The position numbers and the translations under genes are program-made. A stretch of DNA of 64,000 nt from Glaciecola sp. GTDB lineage: Bacteria > Pseudomonadota > Gammaproteobacteria > Enterobacterales > Alteromonadaceae. This document shows positions 29,206 to 38,160 of this stretch, piece after piece. Location: assembly GCA_047636735.1 (NCBI GenBank), contig JBLIGC010000004.1, positions 12,867 through 76,866 of the forward strand, in the 5' to 3' direction. The notes under the pieces were generated by a model that saw nothing but the letters and a program-made list of their open reading frames with translations, made no database searches and was not told where the DNA came from. Positions within the stretch are counted from its first letter, which is position 1. Every line of letters begins with the position of its first letter.

Positions 29206-31584
29206 TTAAACTGCTTTGTGTTGCTCAGCTAAATACAACCACGTTTCAACCACAGTATCAGGATTAAGGGACACGCTATCTATGCCTTGGTCAACTAACC
29301 AAGCGGCAAAGTCTTCATGATCTGATGGCCCTTGTCCACAAATGCCTACGTATTTCCCGCGTGCTTTCGCCGCTTTAATTGCCATTGACAACAAAGCTTT
29401 AACCGCATCATTTCGCTCATCAAATAGGTGAGCTATTAAGCCCGAGTCTCTATCTAAACCTAATGTTAGTTGCGTAAGATCATTTGACCCTATTGAAAAG
29501 CCGTCAAATATATCTAAAAACTGATCGGCTAATAGAGCGTTAGAAGGCAGTTCACACATCATAATGACTCGTAATCCGTTTTCTCCCTTTACCAGGCCTT
29601 CTGAGGCAAGTAAATCCATCACCTGTTTGCCCTCTTCTACGGTTCGTACAAAAGGAATCATTATTTCAACGTTGGTTAAGCCCATAGTGTTACGAACGCG
29701 TTTAATTGCCTCGCACTCTAAGGCAAAGCAGTCTCGGAAACTTTCCGATATGTATCTACTGGCACCACGAAAGCCTAACATTGGGTTTTCTTCATCGGGC
29801 TCATATTGATAGCCGCCTACCAAATTAAAATATTCGTTTGACTTAAAATCAGACATACGCACAATCACTTTTTTAGGCGAAAATGCAGCGCCAATTGAAG
29901 CAATGCCTTCTACCAGTTTTTGAATATAGTATTCAACTGGAGATGCGTAGCCTGCAATCATGTCATCAATTTCTTCTTTTACTTCCAAAGGTTGTTCGCT
30001 GTAATTAAGTAAGGCCTTTGGATGCACGCCAATCATTCGATTAATAATAAATTCGAGTCTTGCTAAACCTACGCCTGCATTAGGTAGTCGAGAAAAATCA
30101 AATGCGCGATCTGGATTACCCACGTTCATCATGATTTTAAGGGGTAAGTCAGGCATAGAATCGACTCTAGAGGTGGTTACATCATAGTCTAATAACTGAC
30201 CATAAATATAGCCGGTATCGCCTTCAGCGCACGATACGGTTATTTCATCACCGGTACTTATAAGGTCGGTAGCATTAGTACAGCCTACTACAGCAGGAAT
30301 GCCCATTTCTCTGGCAATAATTGCTGCATGGCAGGTACGTCCACCGCGGTTGGTTACAATCGCCGATGCCTTTTTCATGATTGGCTCCCAATCAGGGTCG
30401 GTCATATCGGTAACTAACACATCGCCCAACTCAATTCTGTCCATTTCTGCAATTGAGCCAAGCACTTTAGCCTTGCCTGCACCAATTTTATGGCCTATTG
30501 CTCTGCCTTCACATACAAGTTCAGCGTTTCCATTTAGCTGGAAACGTTCAATTACTTGCATGTCTTCACGGCTTCTTACGGTTTCAGGACGGGCTTGCAC
30601 AATGTATAGCTTGCCGTCGGTGCCGTCTTTTGCCCATTCAATATCCATAGCGCGGCCATAATGTTTTTCAATAACCATGGCTTGTTTAGCTAGCTCCATA
30701 ACTTCATCGTCATTAATTGAAAACTTCTTGCTGTCAGACTTTTCAATATCCACGATATCTACTTGCTTGCCATGCTCTAAATCATCAGAGTAGATCATTT
30801 TGGTTAGCTTACTACCAATGTTACGGCGCAATACGGCTGGCTTGCCATTTTGCAAAGTAGGTTTGTGCACATAAAACTCATCAGGATTCACTGCACCTTG
30901 CACAACCATTTCACCCAAACCGTACGAGCTCGTAATAAACACAACATCTTCAAAACCCGACTCGGTGTCAATCGTAAACATAACCCCAGAGGCAGATAAA
31001 TCACTTCTTACCATGCGCTGTATACCAGCCGATAAAGCAACGCCCTTGTGGTCATAACCTTGATGCACCCGGTATGAAATTGCGCGGTCATTAAACAACG
31101 AAGCAAATACATGCTTCATCGCCACTAAGACAGAATCGTAACCTTTTACGTTTAAGAACGTTTCTTGCTGGCCAGCAAAAGAAGCATCGGGCATATCTTC
31201 GGCAGTTGCCGACGAACGCACGGCAAACGAAGCGTCATCTCCAGCACCATCAACCAATTTAGTAAAGGCGACTTTTATGGCATCCTCTAATTCAGTTTGG
31301 AAAGGTGTTTCTATAATCCATTGCCTAATTTGACTACCCGCTTGTGCAAGCGCTTTTACATCATCTACGTCTAGGGCGTCTAGAAGAGCGTAAATTTGTG
31401 ATTCAACACCGCTTTTTTCCAAAAATTGGTTAAATGCATAGGAAGTAGACGCAAAGCCGCCGGGGACCTGAACACCAGCATTAGATAAATTTGATATCAT
31501 TTCACCAAGGGAAGCATTCTTGCCTCCAACTCGGTTAACATCGTCCATGCCTAATTCTTGATACCAAAGAACATATTCTTGCAC
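29206..31584 (-). CDS. ppsA: Phosphoenolpyruvate synthase
   Basis: [39 protein letters not shown]. Confidence 0.98.
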   Translation of the reverse strand: MQEYVLWYQELGMDDVNRVGGKNASLGEMISNLSNAGVQVPGGFASTSYAFNQFLEKSGVESQIYALLDALDVDDVKALAQAGSQIRQWIIETPFQTELEDAIKVAFTKLVDGAGDDASFAVRSSATAEDMPDASFAGQQETFLNVKGYDSVLVAMKHVFASLFNDRAISYRVHQGYDHKGVALSAGIQRMVRSDLSASGVMFTIDTESGFEDVVFITSSYGLGEMVVQGAVNPDEFYVHKPTLQNGKPAVLRRNIGSKLTKMIYSDDLEHGKQVDIVDIEKSDSKKFSINDDEVMELAKQAMVIEKHYGRAMDIEWAKDGTDGKLYIVQARPETVRSREDMQVIERFQLNGNAELVCEGRAIGHKIGAGKAKVLGSIAEMDRIELGDVLVTDMTDPDWEPIMKKASAIVTNRGGRTCHAAIIAREMGIPAVVGCTNATDLISTGDEITVSCAEGDTGYIYGQLLDYDVTTSRVDSMPDLPLKIMMNVGNPDRAFDFSRLPNAGVGLARLEFIINRMIGVHPKALLNYSEQPLEVKEEIDDMIAGYASPVEYYIQKLVEGIASIGAAFSPKKVIVRMSDFKSNEYFNLVGGYQYEPDEENPMLGFRGASRYISESFRDCFALECEAIKRVRNTMGLTNVEIMIPFVRTVEEGKQVMDLLASEGLVKGENGLRVIMMCELPSNALLADQFLDIFDGFSIGSNDLTQLTLGLDRDSGLIAHLFDERNDAVKALLSMAIKAAKARGKYVGICGQGPSDHEDFAAWLVDQGIDSVSLNPDTVVETWLYLAEQHKAV

Positions 31585-31736
31585 TGTAGAGCCTCCAGGA
31601 AATTGTAATGGTTGATCATTATGACCTATTATTGTCGTAGTATTTCAATGTCTATTACAAAACACTTAAATATGCTAACTTCTTGCCATGTAGATTGTAA
31701 ATGCGCTTTCACTTGAAAGTAAAATTTATTTTTTTT

Positions 31737-31751
31737 CGTAATTAAATTACA
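31737..31751. promoter_or_regulatory. HexR-like operator in the ppsA/ppsR intergenic region
   Basis: CGTAATTAAATTACA, 1 mismatch to TGTAATwwwATTACA. Confidence 0.55.
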
Positions 31752-31770
31752 ACATTGTTAAGGAGATGTT

Positions 31771-32583
31771 GTGCGTACAGCATTTTATATATCAGACGGT
31801 ACGGCTATTACTTCCGAGGTTTTTGGGCATGCACTTCTGTCACTATTCCCGATTGAGTTTGAACACATTACTATTCCATTTGTTGAAACCGAACAACATG
31901 CTTTAGATGTTATTTCACAAATTAAACGCTCATATGAAGCTACCGGAGACCGTCCGCTTGTTTTTTACACCATGGTGAATGTAGAAATTGGTCGAATAAT
32001 TAGTAATTCGCCTGGCATTAACTATAATTTTTTAAATCAATTTGTAGCGCCATTAGAAAAAGTCCTTGGAGTGCCTTCAAAACCTGAAAAGCATAGAACC
32101 CATTCAATTCACGAAAAAACCTACGATATACGTATTGAGGCAGTTAACTACGCACTGGCTAATGACGATGGTTCAAACCTAAAAGACTACCACGAAGCCG
32201 ATATTATCTTGGTTGGCGTTTCGCGCTCGGGAAAAACACCCACAAGTCTTTATTTGGCCTTACAGTATGGTATTAAAGCTGCCAACTATCCATTTACGGA
32301 AGATGATATGGGTGACATTTTAAAACTTCCACCTGTTCTAAGACGTTTTAAAGACAAATTATTTGGGCTTACAATAAGCGCCGATAGGTTACATGCAATA
32401 CGCTCTGAGAGGCGGGCAAATAGCCGCTATGCATCAATGCCACAGTGTAGAATGGAGTTGCGTGAGGTCGAAAATTTATATCGTAAAGAAAAGATATCGT
32501 TTATTAACAGTACAAAGTTTTCGGTAGAAGAAATATCAGCTAAAATATTAGCCAATACGGGGCTTAAACGGAAGAAATATTAA
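31771..32583 (+). CDS. ppsR: PEP synthase regulatory kinase/pyrophosphorylase
   Basis: ISDGTAITSE, NDDG, GVSRSGKTPTSLYLA; divergent from ppsA. Confidence 0.95.
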   Translation: MRTAFYISDGTAITSEVFGHALLSLFPIEFEHITIPFVETEQHALDVISQIKRSYEATGDRPLVFYTMVNVEIGRIISNSPGINYNFLNQFVAPLEKVLGVPSKPEKHRTHSIHEKTYDIRIEAVNYALANDDGSNLKDYHEADIILVGVSRSGKTPTSLYLALQYGIKAANYPFTEDDMGDILKLPPVLRRFKDKLFGLTISADRLHAIRSERRANSRYASMPQCRMELREVENLYRKEKISFINSTKFSVEEISAKILANTGLKRKKY

Positions 32584-32622
32584 TACTGTTTATTGCGCGC
32601 AGGAGAACTAACATTTTGTATT

Positions 32623-32949
32623 CTATACTTTTGCGCCGGTGATTTTATTTGCTCTGCCTTCTTCTTTAGCTTTAAGAGCCCTTAATTTACGGACTTCTTT
32701 TGGGTCGGCTGTCATTGGACGATAAATTTCGATTCTGTCGCCTGTTTTTAACAACGTAGACAGTTTGGTTGTTTTGTACCATATGCCAACCTTATTTTCA
32801 TCTAGGTTTATGTCGCTGTGTAATTGCAATATGCCCGATTGCTCAATTGCCTCTTCAATAGTGGTGTTAGGTGCAACCTGCAGGCTTAATAATGTTTGTT
32901 TAGCTGGCAGCGCGTAGGTTATTTCTATTGCAATATTAGTACTGGGCAT
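32623..32949 (-). CDS. ratB: RnfH family ubiquitin-like protein (RatB/PasI)
   Basis: YALP.KQ, AIEQSGIL, GDRIEIYRP..DPKE. Confidence 0.9.
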   Translation of the reverse strand: MPSTNIAIEITYALPAKQTLLSLQVAPNTTIEEAIEQSGILQLHSDINLDENKVGIWYKTTKLSTLLKTGDRIEIYRPMTADPKEVRKLRALKAKEEGRANKITGAKV

Positions 32950-33380
32950 TATTTGTAGACCTCTTTTGCGCGCAAAGTAAACGCTTTAACCATATTACCG
33001 GTGACTGAGCGGAATACTTTTCCAAACGCAAGATCTACTAATTTGCTAGAAAAAGTAAACTCTAAAGATAATTCTATTTTACAAGCTTCATCAGAAAGCG
33101 GTGTGAAGGTCCACCCTCCGCTCAAAGCCTCAAATGGACCTTGTGCCAAACTCATTTTAATACTGCGCCCTACAGTCAGCATGTTGCTCGTTACCAGCAC
33201 TTGTTCTATGCCCGCTTTTGCCAAAACCATTTTAGCCTGCATATGATTTTCGCTTACCGACAATACTTCACTATAGAGGCATCCAGGTAAAAAATGTTGA
33301 TACGATTGAACATCGTTTACCAGCTCATACATTTGACTGGCACTGTAAGCAATCAAGGCACTTTTATTAATATTGGGCAT
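32949..33380 (-). CDS. ratA: START-domain protein RatA/PasT (CoQ10 homolog)
   Basis: MYELVNDV.SY..FLPGC, GPF..L.G.W.F, AFTLRAKEVY; divergent from smpB. Confidence 0.92.
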   Translation of the reverse strand: MPNINKSALIAYSASQMYELVNDVQSYQHFLPGCLYSEVLSVSENHMQAKMVLAKAGIEQVLVTSNMLTVGRSIKMSLAQGPFEALSGGWTFTPLSDEACKIELSLEFTFSSKLVDLAFGKVFRSVTGNMVKAFTLRAKEVYK

Positions 33381-33588
33381 GTTTCAACTTATAACTACTT
33401 TTGCTAGTTGATTAAAAAAATAAGGGTAAAAAGGAATTTTTCAACCTACATTGTTAGTATAATCTTTTTGCTTTAAAAATTTACAACAATATCGACTACG
33501 CACTATATTGCGCTGCGAATTATAAATAATAATAAGTATTTTACCAACGATTGTTTTCCCTTATCAAGTTTATAGGTATAATACAAAA

Positions 33589-34056
33589 ATGAAAAAGAAA
33601 CAATCAAGTAATAGTACCATCGCCTTGAATAAAAAGGCGCGCCACGATTATCAACTTATTAGTAAATTTGAGGCAGGTCTCACATTACAAGGCTGGGAAG
33701 TAAAGAGCATCCGTGCAGGTAAGGCAAACATTACCGATGCCTACGTGTTTATTAAAAATGGTGAAGCTTATGTTACCAACATTAGTATTCAAGCGCTTAC
33801 TCAGGCCTCTTCTCACGTAATCTGTGAACCAACCCGCATGCGCAAACTGCTAATGAATAAACGTGAAATTGAAGAGCTTATGGGCGGCATGGACCGTCAG
33901 GGCTTAACTATTGTGGCAACCGCAATGTATTGGAAAGCCTGCTGGATAAAACTTGAAATTTATCTTGCCCGGGGTAAGCAAGACCATGACAAACGAAATA
34001 CCATTAAAGACAGGGATTGGTCGCGTCAAAAAGAACGGATTATGAAAAAAGGCTAA
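33589..34056 (+). CDS. smpB: SsrA-binding protein
   Basis: [33 protein letters not shown]. Confidence 0.97.
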   Translation: MKKKQSSNSTIALNKKARHDYQLISKFEAGLTLQGWEVKSIRAGKANITDAYVFIKNGEAYVTNISIQALTQASSHVICEPTRMRKLLMNKREIEELMGGMDRQGLTIVATAMYWKACWIKLEIYLARGKQDHDKRNTIKDRDWSRQKERIMKKG

Positions 34057-34147
34057 TTTTTCAACACTAACAAATTATATGCAAACAATTAGATTTCTAT
34101 TTTGTTAGCGCGTTAGTAAGTTGGTGTGTTAATATTAGCACTACATC

Positions 34148-34514
34148 GGGGCTGCTCTGGATTCGACAGGATTCAATGATGCTTGAGGTGCATGCAGAGG
34201 TGCGGTTTGCCTCTTTAAACAGCCGCAAAAAAATAGTCGCAAACGACGAAAACTACGCACTAGCAGCTTAATACCCTGCATAGAGCCTCCTTGCCCTAGC
34301 TTCTGCCTTTAAGACGGGGAGTTCAAGGAGTCAAACCCAAAAAGGCTCGTGTGGATGCTTATACCTGAGAGCTGAACCACTAAAACTAATTCGGGTATGT
34401 GATTAAATAGCCTGTTTGTCGGCAGTTTGATTACGAGAATAAAGACAAACTAAGCATGTAGTACCAATGGTTGACGCTTTCTGGACGCGGGTTCAATTCC
34501 CGCCAGCTCCACCA
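34148..34514 (+). ncRNA. ssrA: tmRNA
   Basis: 5' GGGGCTGCTCTGGATTCGAC, tag frame at 34239-34271 encoding ANDENYALAA*, 3' GGGTTCAATTCCCGCCAGCTCCACCA. Confidence 0.98.
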
Positions 34515-34526
34515 ATTAGACGAACG

Positions 34527-34551
34527 AGGACGCTTTTTTGCGTCCTTTTTT
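34527..34551 (+). terminator. Terminator after ssrA
   Basis: AGGACGC-TTTTTT-GCGTCCTTTTTT. Confidence 0.85.
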
Positions 34552-34701
34552 GTTTCTGGAATCCTTGCAAAGCTTTTAAAAATAACGATTCTTAGGTGGA
34601 AACATTCGAGAAAGGTCGATAACGTTCGTTTACACTCGTATTATTAATGGGATGCAGTATGGGGTAGAAGCTCACTTGTTAACGATTGTGTACCCCGTAA
34701 A

Positions 34702-34956
34702 ATGCCAAAGCAGACTAAACCCCTAACAGATACGCAAATCAATAAAGCGAAGCCAATTGATAAAGATTATAAAACTGCTGACAGTGACGGCCTTTACATA
34801 CGCATTAGAAAAGGCGGTTCAAAAGACTGGCTATTTAGGTATTTAATCCCCTACACTGTTACTTGGCATCCCGGATTGCTCCATTTTGGGGTAGGTTTTG
34901 CACTGAATATTGAGCCAATTAAGAAATGCCTGAGCGACTATGTGCGTTGCCTCTAA
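34702..34956 (+). pseudogene. Truncated P4-type tyrosine integrase (arm-binding N-terminus only)
   Basis: MPKQTKPLTDTQINKAKP..KDY..AD.DGLYIRI..GG.K.W.FRY, then unrelated sequence with no catalytic domain; sits just 3' of ssrA. Confidence 0.85.
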
Positions 34957-35112
34957 GCTAGATTAGATGGATCACTTATTGAATACATAAGACTAGCTCT
35001 AAAGTAGTCCAAGTTTTTAGCCGCACCCTCGGTGGGTCAATTGCCCATGCAAATTAACACCTATGTTATAACCTTGCTTTTTTAGCGCCTTGAAAATACG
35101 AGGACTGCCATA

Positions 35113-35672
35113 TCAGCCTTCGTTTTCGGTAAATATTTGCTGATTTTTTTCTTTTAATTCACTATCTTCAATTGCGCGTGCACTCGGCTGACGATTTCTC
35201 CAATCGTAATAAACGCTCTTTGAAACACCGAGTAATTTTAGTAAAACAACCACATCTATTTCAGCTCTGAGTTTTTTGACGAATCGATATCGTCCTGATG
35301 TTCCTCGGCAAGAAACCATTGCCATTTTTTTAAGACGTACAGCTCCTCCTTAAGTTGCTTATTTTCACGCTCAAGTTTCTATTCATTAGTGAGTTGTTTC
35401 TTTGCTTTGGATTGCCCAGCTATTTTTTTACGTTTATCAGCCACAATAGTTCCTTCACGATATTCTTTTCACCGTCGCGGCAGCATAAACGGGTGGATGT
35501 CGAGTTTTTCAGCAACCGATTTTATGGTGACGCCAATAACAAAACTCAGTTGAACAGCGTTGACTTTAAAGTCGTTTGAATACTTCCAAGTTCGTCTTGG
35601 ATTGTTGTACTTTGGCATAAGACACTTCATCTCTAATTAGATTTTGGTGTCCGTTAAAGCGGGGGAAGATCA
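35113..35672 (-). mobile_element. IS3-family remnant (left IR, broken orfA, start of orfB)
   Basis: Left end TGATCTTCCCCCGCTTTAACGGACAC at 35672. orfA from ATG 35618 reads MPKYNNPRRTWKYSNDFKVNAV...DIHPFMLPRR* (in-frame TGA). A7 run at the orfA/B junction. The orfB piece LLGVSKSVYYDW.NRQPSAR is truncated. Confidence 0.85.
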
Positions 35673-35858
35673 CTTCAGATTTAACGTACTTTTTTGTAGT
35701 ACATTTTGCGCTTCAGTAATAAATTTGCAGATTAATCAAATTGTAGCTTTTAAAAAGTGGTTTTTTGAGCTACATTGTATAATTATTAACCAGTCGTTAA
35801 TGAATTGTTAACTGCTGCTTATTTGTATCGCTTCAATATACTTTTAAGGAAGAAGGTT

Positions 35859-36278
35859 ATGAAAATCAATATTTTAGATCGCCTTACCAATAAATATCTT
35901 CACAACAACTTGGTACTAGCAACATGCTTACTACTAGCTTTAAGTATTCCTTCTCTTTCATATGCTCAAGAAAAACCTGAAGAAGACAAGTTACCGGAAA
36001 CGCAAGCTCAACCAAAGAAAGAAGAATCTGAGGAAGACAAGTTAGCGAAAATGCAAGCTCTACTCAACCAAGAAGTTATGTCAAAACCATTTCTGGCTGA
36101 AAAGCCCGAAGAAGTAAATGCCTACATAAAAGGTATGCTCGAAAACAACGTAAAGCCTCCAGAATACTCTGGAACACACTGGCGCCAAGGGTACACTTGT
36201 AGAGATTTACTTCGCTATAACTGGACACAATATCGTAATTGCCGTTATTACTATCGTTATCACGGAAGATACTACTAA
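35859..36278 (+). CDS. Secreted hypothetical protein with Cys/Tyr/Arg-rich C-terminus
   Basis: Signal-like ...SLSYA-QE, acidic linker, WRQGYTCRDLLRYNWTQYRNCRYYYRYHGRYY; GAAGG RBS. Confidence 0.75.
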   Translation: MKINILDRLTNKYLHNNLVLATCLLLALSIPSLSYAQEKPEEDKLPETQAQPKKEESEEDKLAKMQALLNQEVMSKPFLAEKPEEVNAYIKGMLENNVKPPEYSGTHWRQGYTCRDLLRYNWTQYRNCRYYYRYHGRYY

Positions 36279-36339
36279 GCAGAAATATAATTCATAAAAG
36301 GCTAAGCGCCGCAACTATAATATAACAGGATAGAATACT

Positions 36340-37086
36340 ATGAACCAACGGATGAACTCACTTTTAGTACTTACGATAGCAGTTATTGCAATGGCAACAT
36401 CAGGCTGCGCAGCAATACATACCTCAATTGCAAAAAAAGACTTAGATGTACAGACCAAACTAAGTACTGCTATTTTTGTCGACCCAGTGGCCCCAGAAAA
36501 ACGTAAAATTTACTTAGAGGTAAGGTCTGCCGTTCAAGAATTCGATCGAAACTTATTCAGAGAAGCACTAATTGATCAGATCAGTAATAGTGGCAATGGT
36601 TATACATTAGTAGACAGTCCAGCAGATGCACAATACAGCATGAGTATATATGTTAGAAATCTTGAAAAGACCTCTCCTACCGCAGCAGCTGGATATTTGA
36701 GTAGCGGCTATCAAGGCGTTGCAGGAGGTGCTGCTCTTAGCTATGCAACTGGCGGCAGTTACCGTAATGCCGCTGCCGGTGGACTTTTAGGCGGATTAGC
36801 GTCGACTGCAGCTAACGCATTTGTTAAAGATGTAACCTACCTTTTAGTGGCGGATATCCAAATCAAAGAGAAAGCTAAAGACGGCGTTATTGTTCGTAAA
36901 GACTCAAAAATAAATACAATGATTTCTGATGATGGCGGCGCAACTCAAACCTCGTCTGAAGTAAGTAATCAGAAAGAGTACAGAACTCGCGTCGTTACGA
37001 CAGCTAATAAGGCGAATTTAGAACTAGAAGAAGCACAACCATTGATGTTTCAAAAAACAGCCTACGCAATGGCATCTTTCTTCTGA
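36340..37086 (+). CDS. traT: TraT-like outer-membrane lipoprotein (surface exclusion/complement resistance family)
   Basis: Lipobox ATSGC, HTSIAKKDLDVQTKLSTAIFVDPV, Gly zipper, VKDVTY..ADIQI, YRTRVVTTANKANL. Confidence 0.88.
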   Translation: MNQRMNSLLVLTIAVIAMATSGCAAIHTSIAKKDLDVQTKLSTAIFVDPVAPEKRKIYLEVRSAVQEFDRNLFREALIDQISNSGNGYTLVDSPADAQYSMSIYVRNLEKTSPTAAAGYLSSGYQGVAGGAALSYATGGSYRNAAAGGLLGGLASTAANAFVKDVTYLLVADIQIKEKAKDGVIVRKDSKINTMISDDGGATQTSSEVSNQKEYRTRVVTTANKANLELEEAQPLMFQKTAYAMASFF

Positions 37087-37755
37087 GTATAGGACAAATT
37101 AACGCTATCGACTAGCCTCTGTGACAGCTGTATTTGAGGGTTGTTTCGGGTTTTCTCATTTGGTGTGTTGAATAAATTAGCGAAATATTTGTCGTTGCGT
37201 TGAGTGAGTAAGGTGGCCTTTGCTGCTGAGTTCTAGATAGTGAGATGCGAAGGGCCTTGCCTCAACATATGGAATGTTCAAGCATCATTGTGTTTCTCGT
37301 GTGTTTTTGGGTCAAGCGCCAAAGTCAAAGTGTCTTTGGATATTAAAATCATCAAGGATAGTCATTTTCTCTGCAGCCCCCGAGTGGAGGTGCTCTGGTG
37401 TTGGCGGTAATGGGTGAGTTATGTTTGTCTAAATACGATAATATCTTGTGGATGATGGTAGGTTCGGTGATGCAGGCAATTATCGGCACATTATGCTTTT
37501 GACATTTCTCACATTCGGTAATATCTATATTAAAGACACGCCGCAAACGCATAGCCCACGTCATGCTCCTTGCATGGTAAGGCTTATCAGATGGGTGTTC
37601 TTTATCAACGAGTTTTGGGCTGCTTTTCCCACGTTGCGACGCTGTCACTAGAGCACGAAAGTTGCTGTTAGGCGCGAACGCGCCAAACTAGCGGGTAATC
37701 CGAATCTAGTGAGGTTGAGGCGTGGTGATTAAATGAGAGCGGCTAGTTTGTCAGG
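37085..37755 (-). mobile_element. IS91/ISCR-family rolling-circle element remnant: oriIS end plus degenerate transposase C-terminus
   Basis: KLAALI*SPRLNLTRF / GAFAPNS..R..VT..QRGK / MTWAMRLRRVFNIDITECEKC..IACITEP..I.KIL. oriIS-like GCGTTAATTTGTCCTATAC at 37105-37087, about 250 bp downstream of the transposase stop. Confidence 0.75.
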
Positions 37756-37880
37756 CTCGTCCGCATTAGCAAACACCCCAGCATTCTATTACCTTATTCT
37801 TAGGACCAAAAACCTTTTATTCGAATAGACGTACTTTCAACAACAATTATATTAATTATAAAAATAAATCATTCACACTT

Positions 37881-38122
37881 AAATGGCCTCTACCTTCGGT
37901 TAGCAGACTTAAAATTTCACAAGATTATGGTAGTACTATGAAAAGATAAAAAGTACACATTTGGGAATTGATATGGCGGTGTCAATTGCTGATGTAGTCG
38001 CTGCAACAGATGGGAACGTATACTCGTTCATTCTCCCAGATAATAAGAAGAATAATTGTTATGGAAATTATATAGTTATTGATCATGAAACAGGTTATTC
38101 GACAGTCTATTCTTATGCTTAA
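37881..38122 (+). pseudogene. Fragment of an M23 family peptidase
   Basis: Two frames: KWPLPSVSRLKISQDYG..* and THLGIDMA..DVVAATDG.V...YGNYIVIDHETGYSTVYSYA*. The HxxxD motif is present; the sequence stops before HxH. Confidence 0.6.
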
Positions 38123-38160
38123 TTTTTCATAACGTTCATGAAAATAAGAGTTATAAGCGC

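Noticed and set aside
32623-33380. ratA-ratB as a toxin-antitoxin or defence system
   Set aside because: Conserved housekeeping pair beside smpB; RatA/PasT is a CoQ10 homolog involved in respiration.
35355-35579. 74-aa + strand ORF
   Set aside because: Antisense to the IS3 orfA remnant.
34957-38160. Integron cassette array or intact prophage/ICE after ssrA
   Set aside because: No intI, no repeated attC-like sites, no phage or conjugation genes, no attR found.
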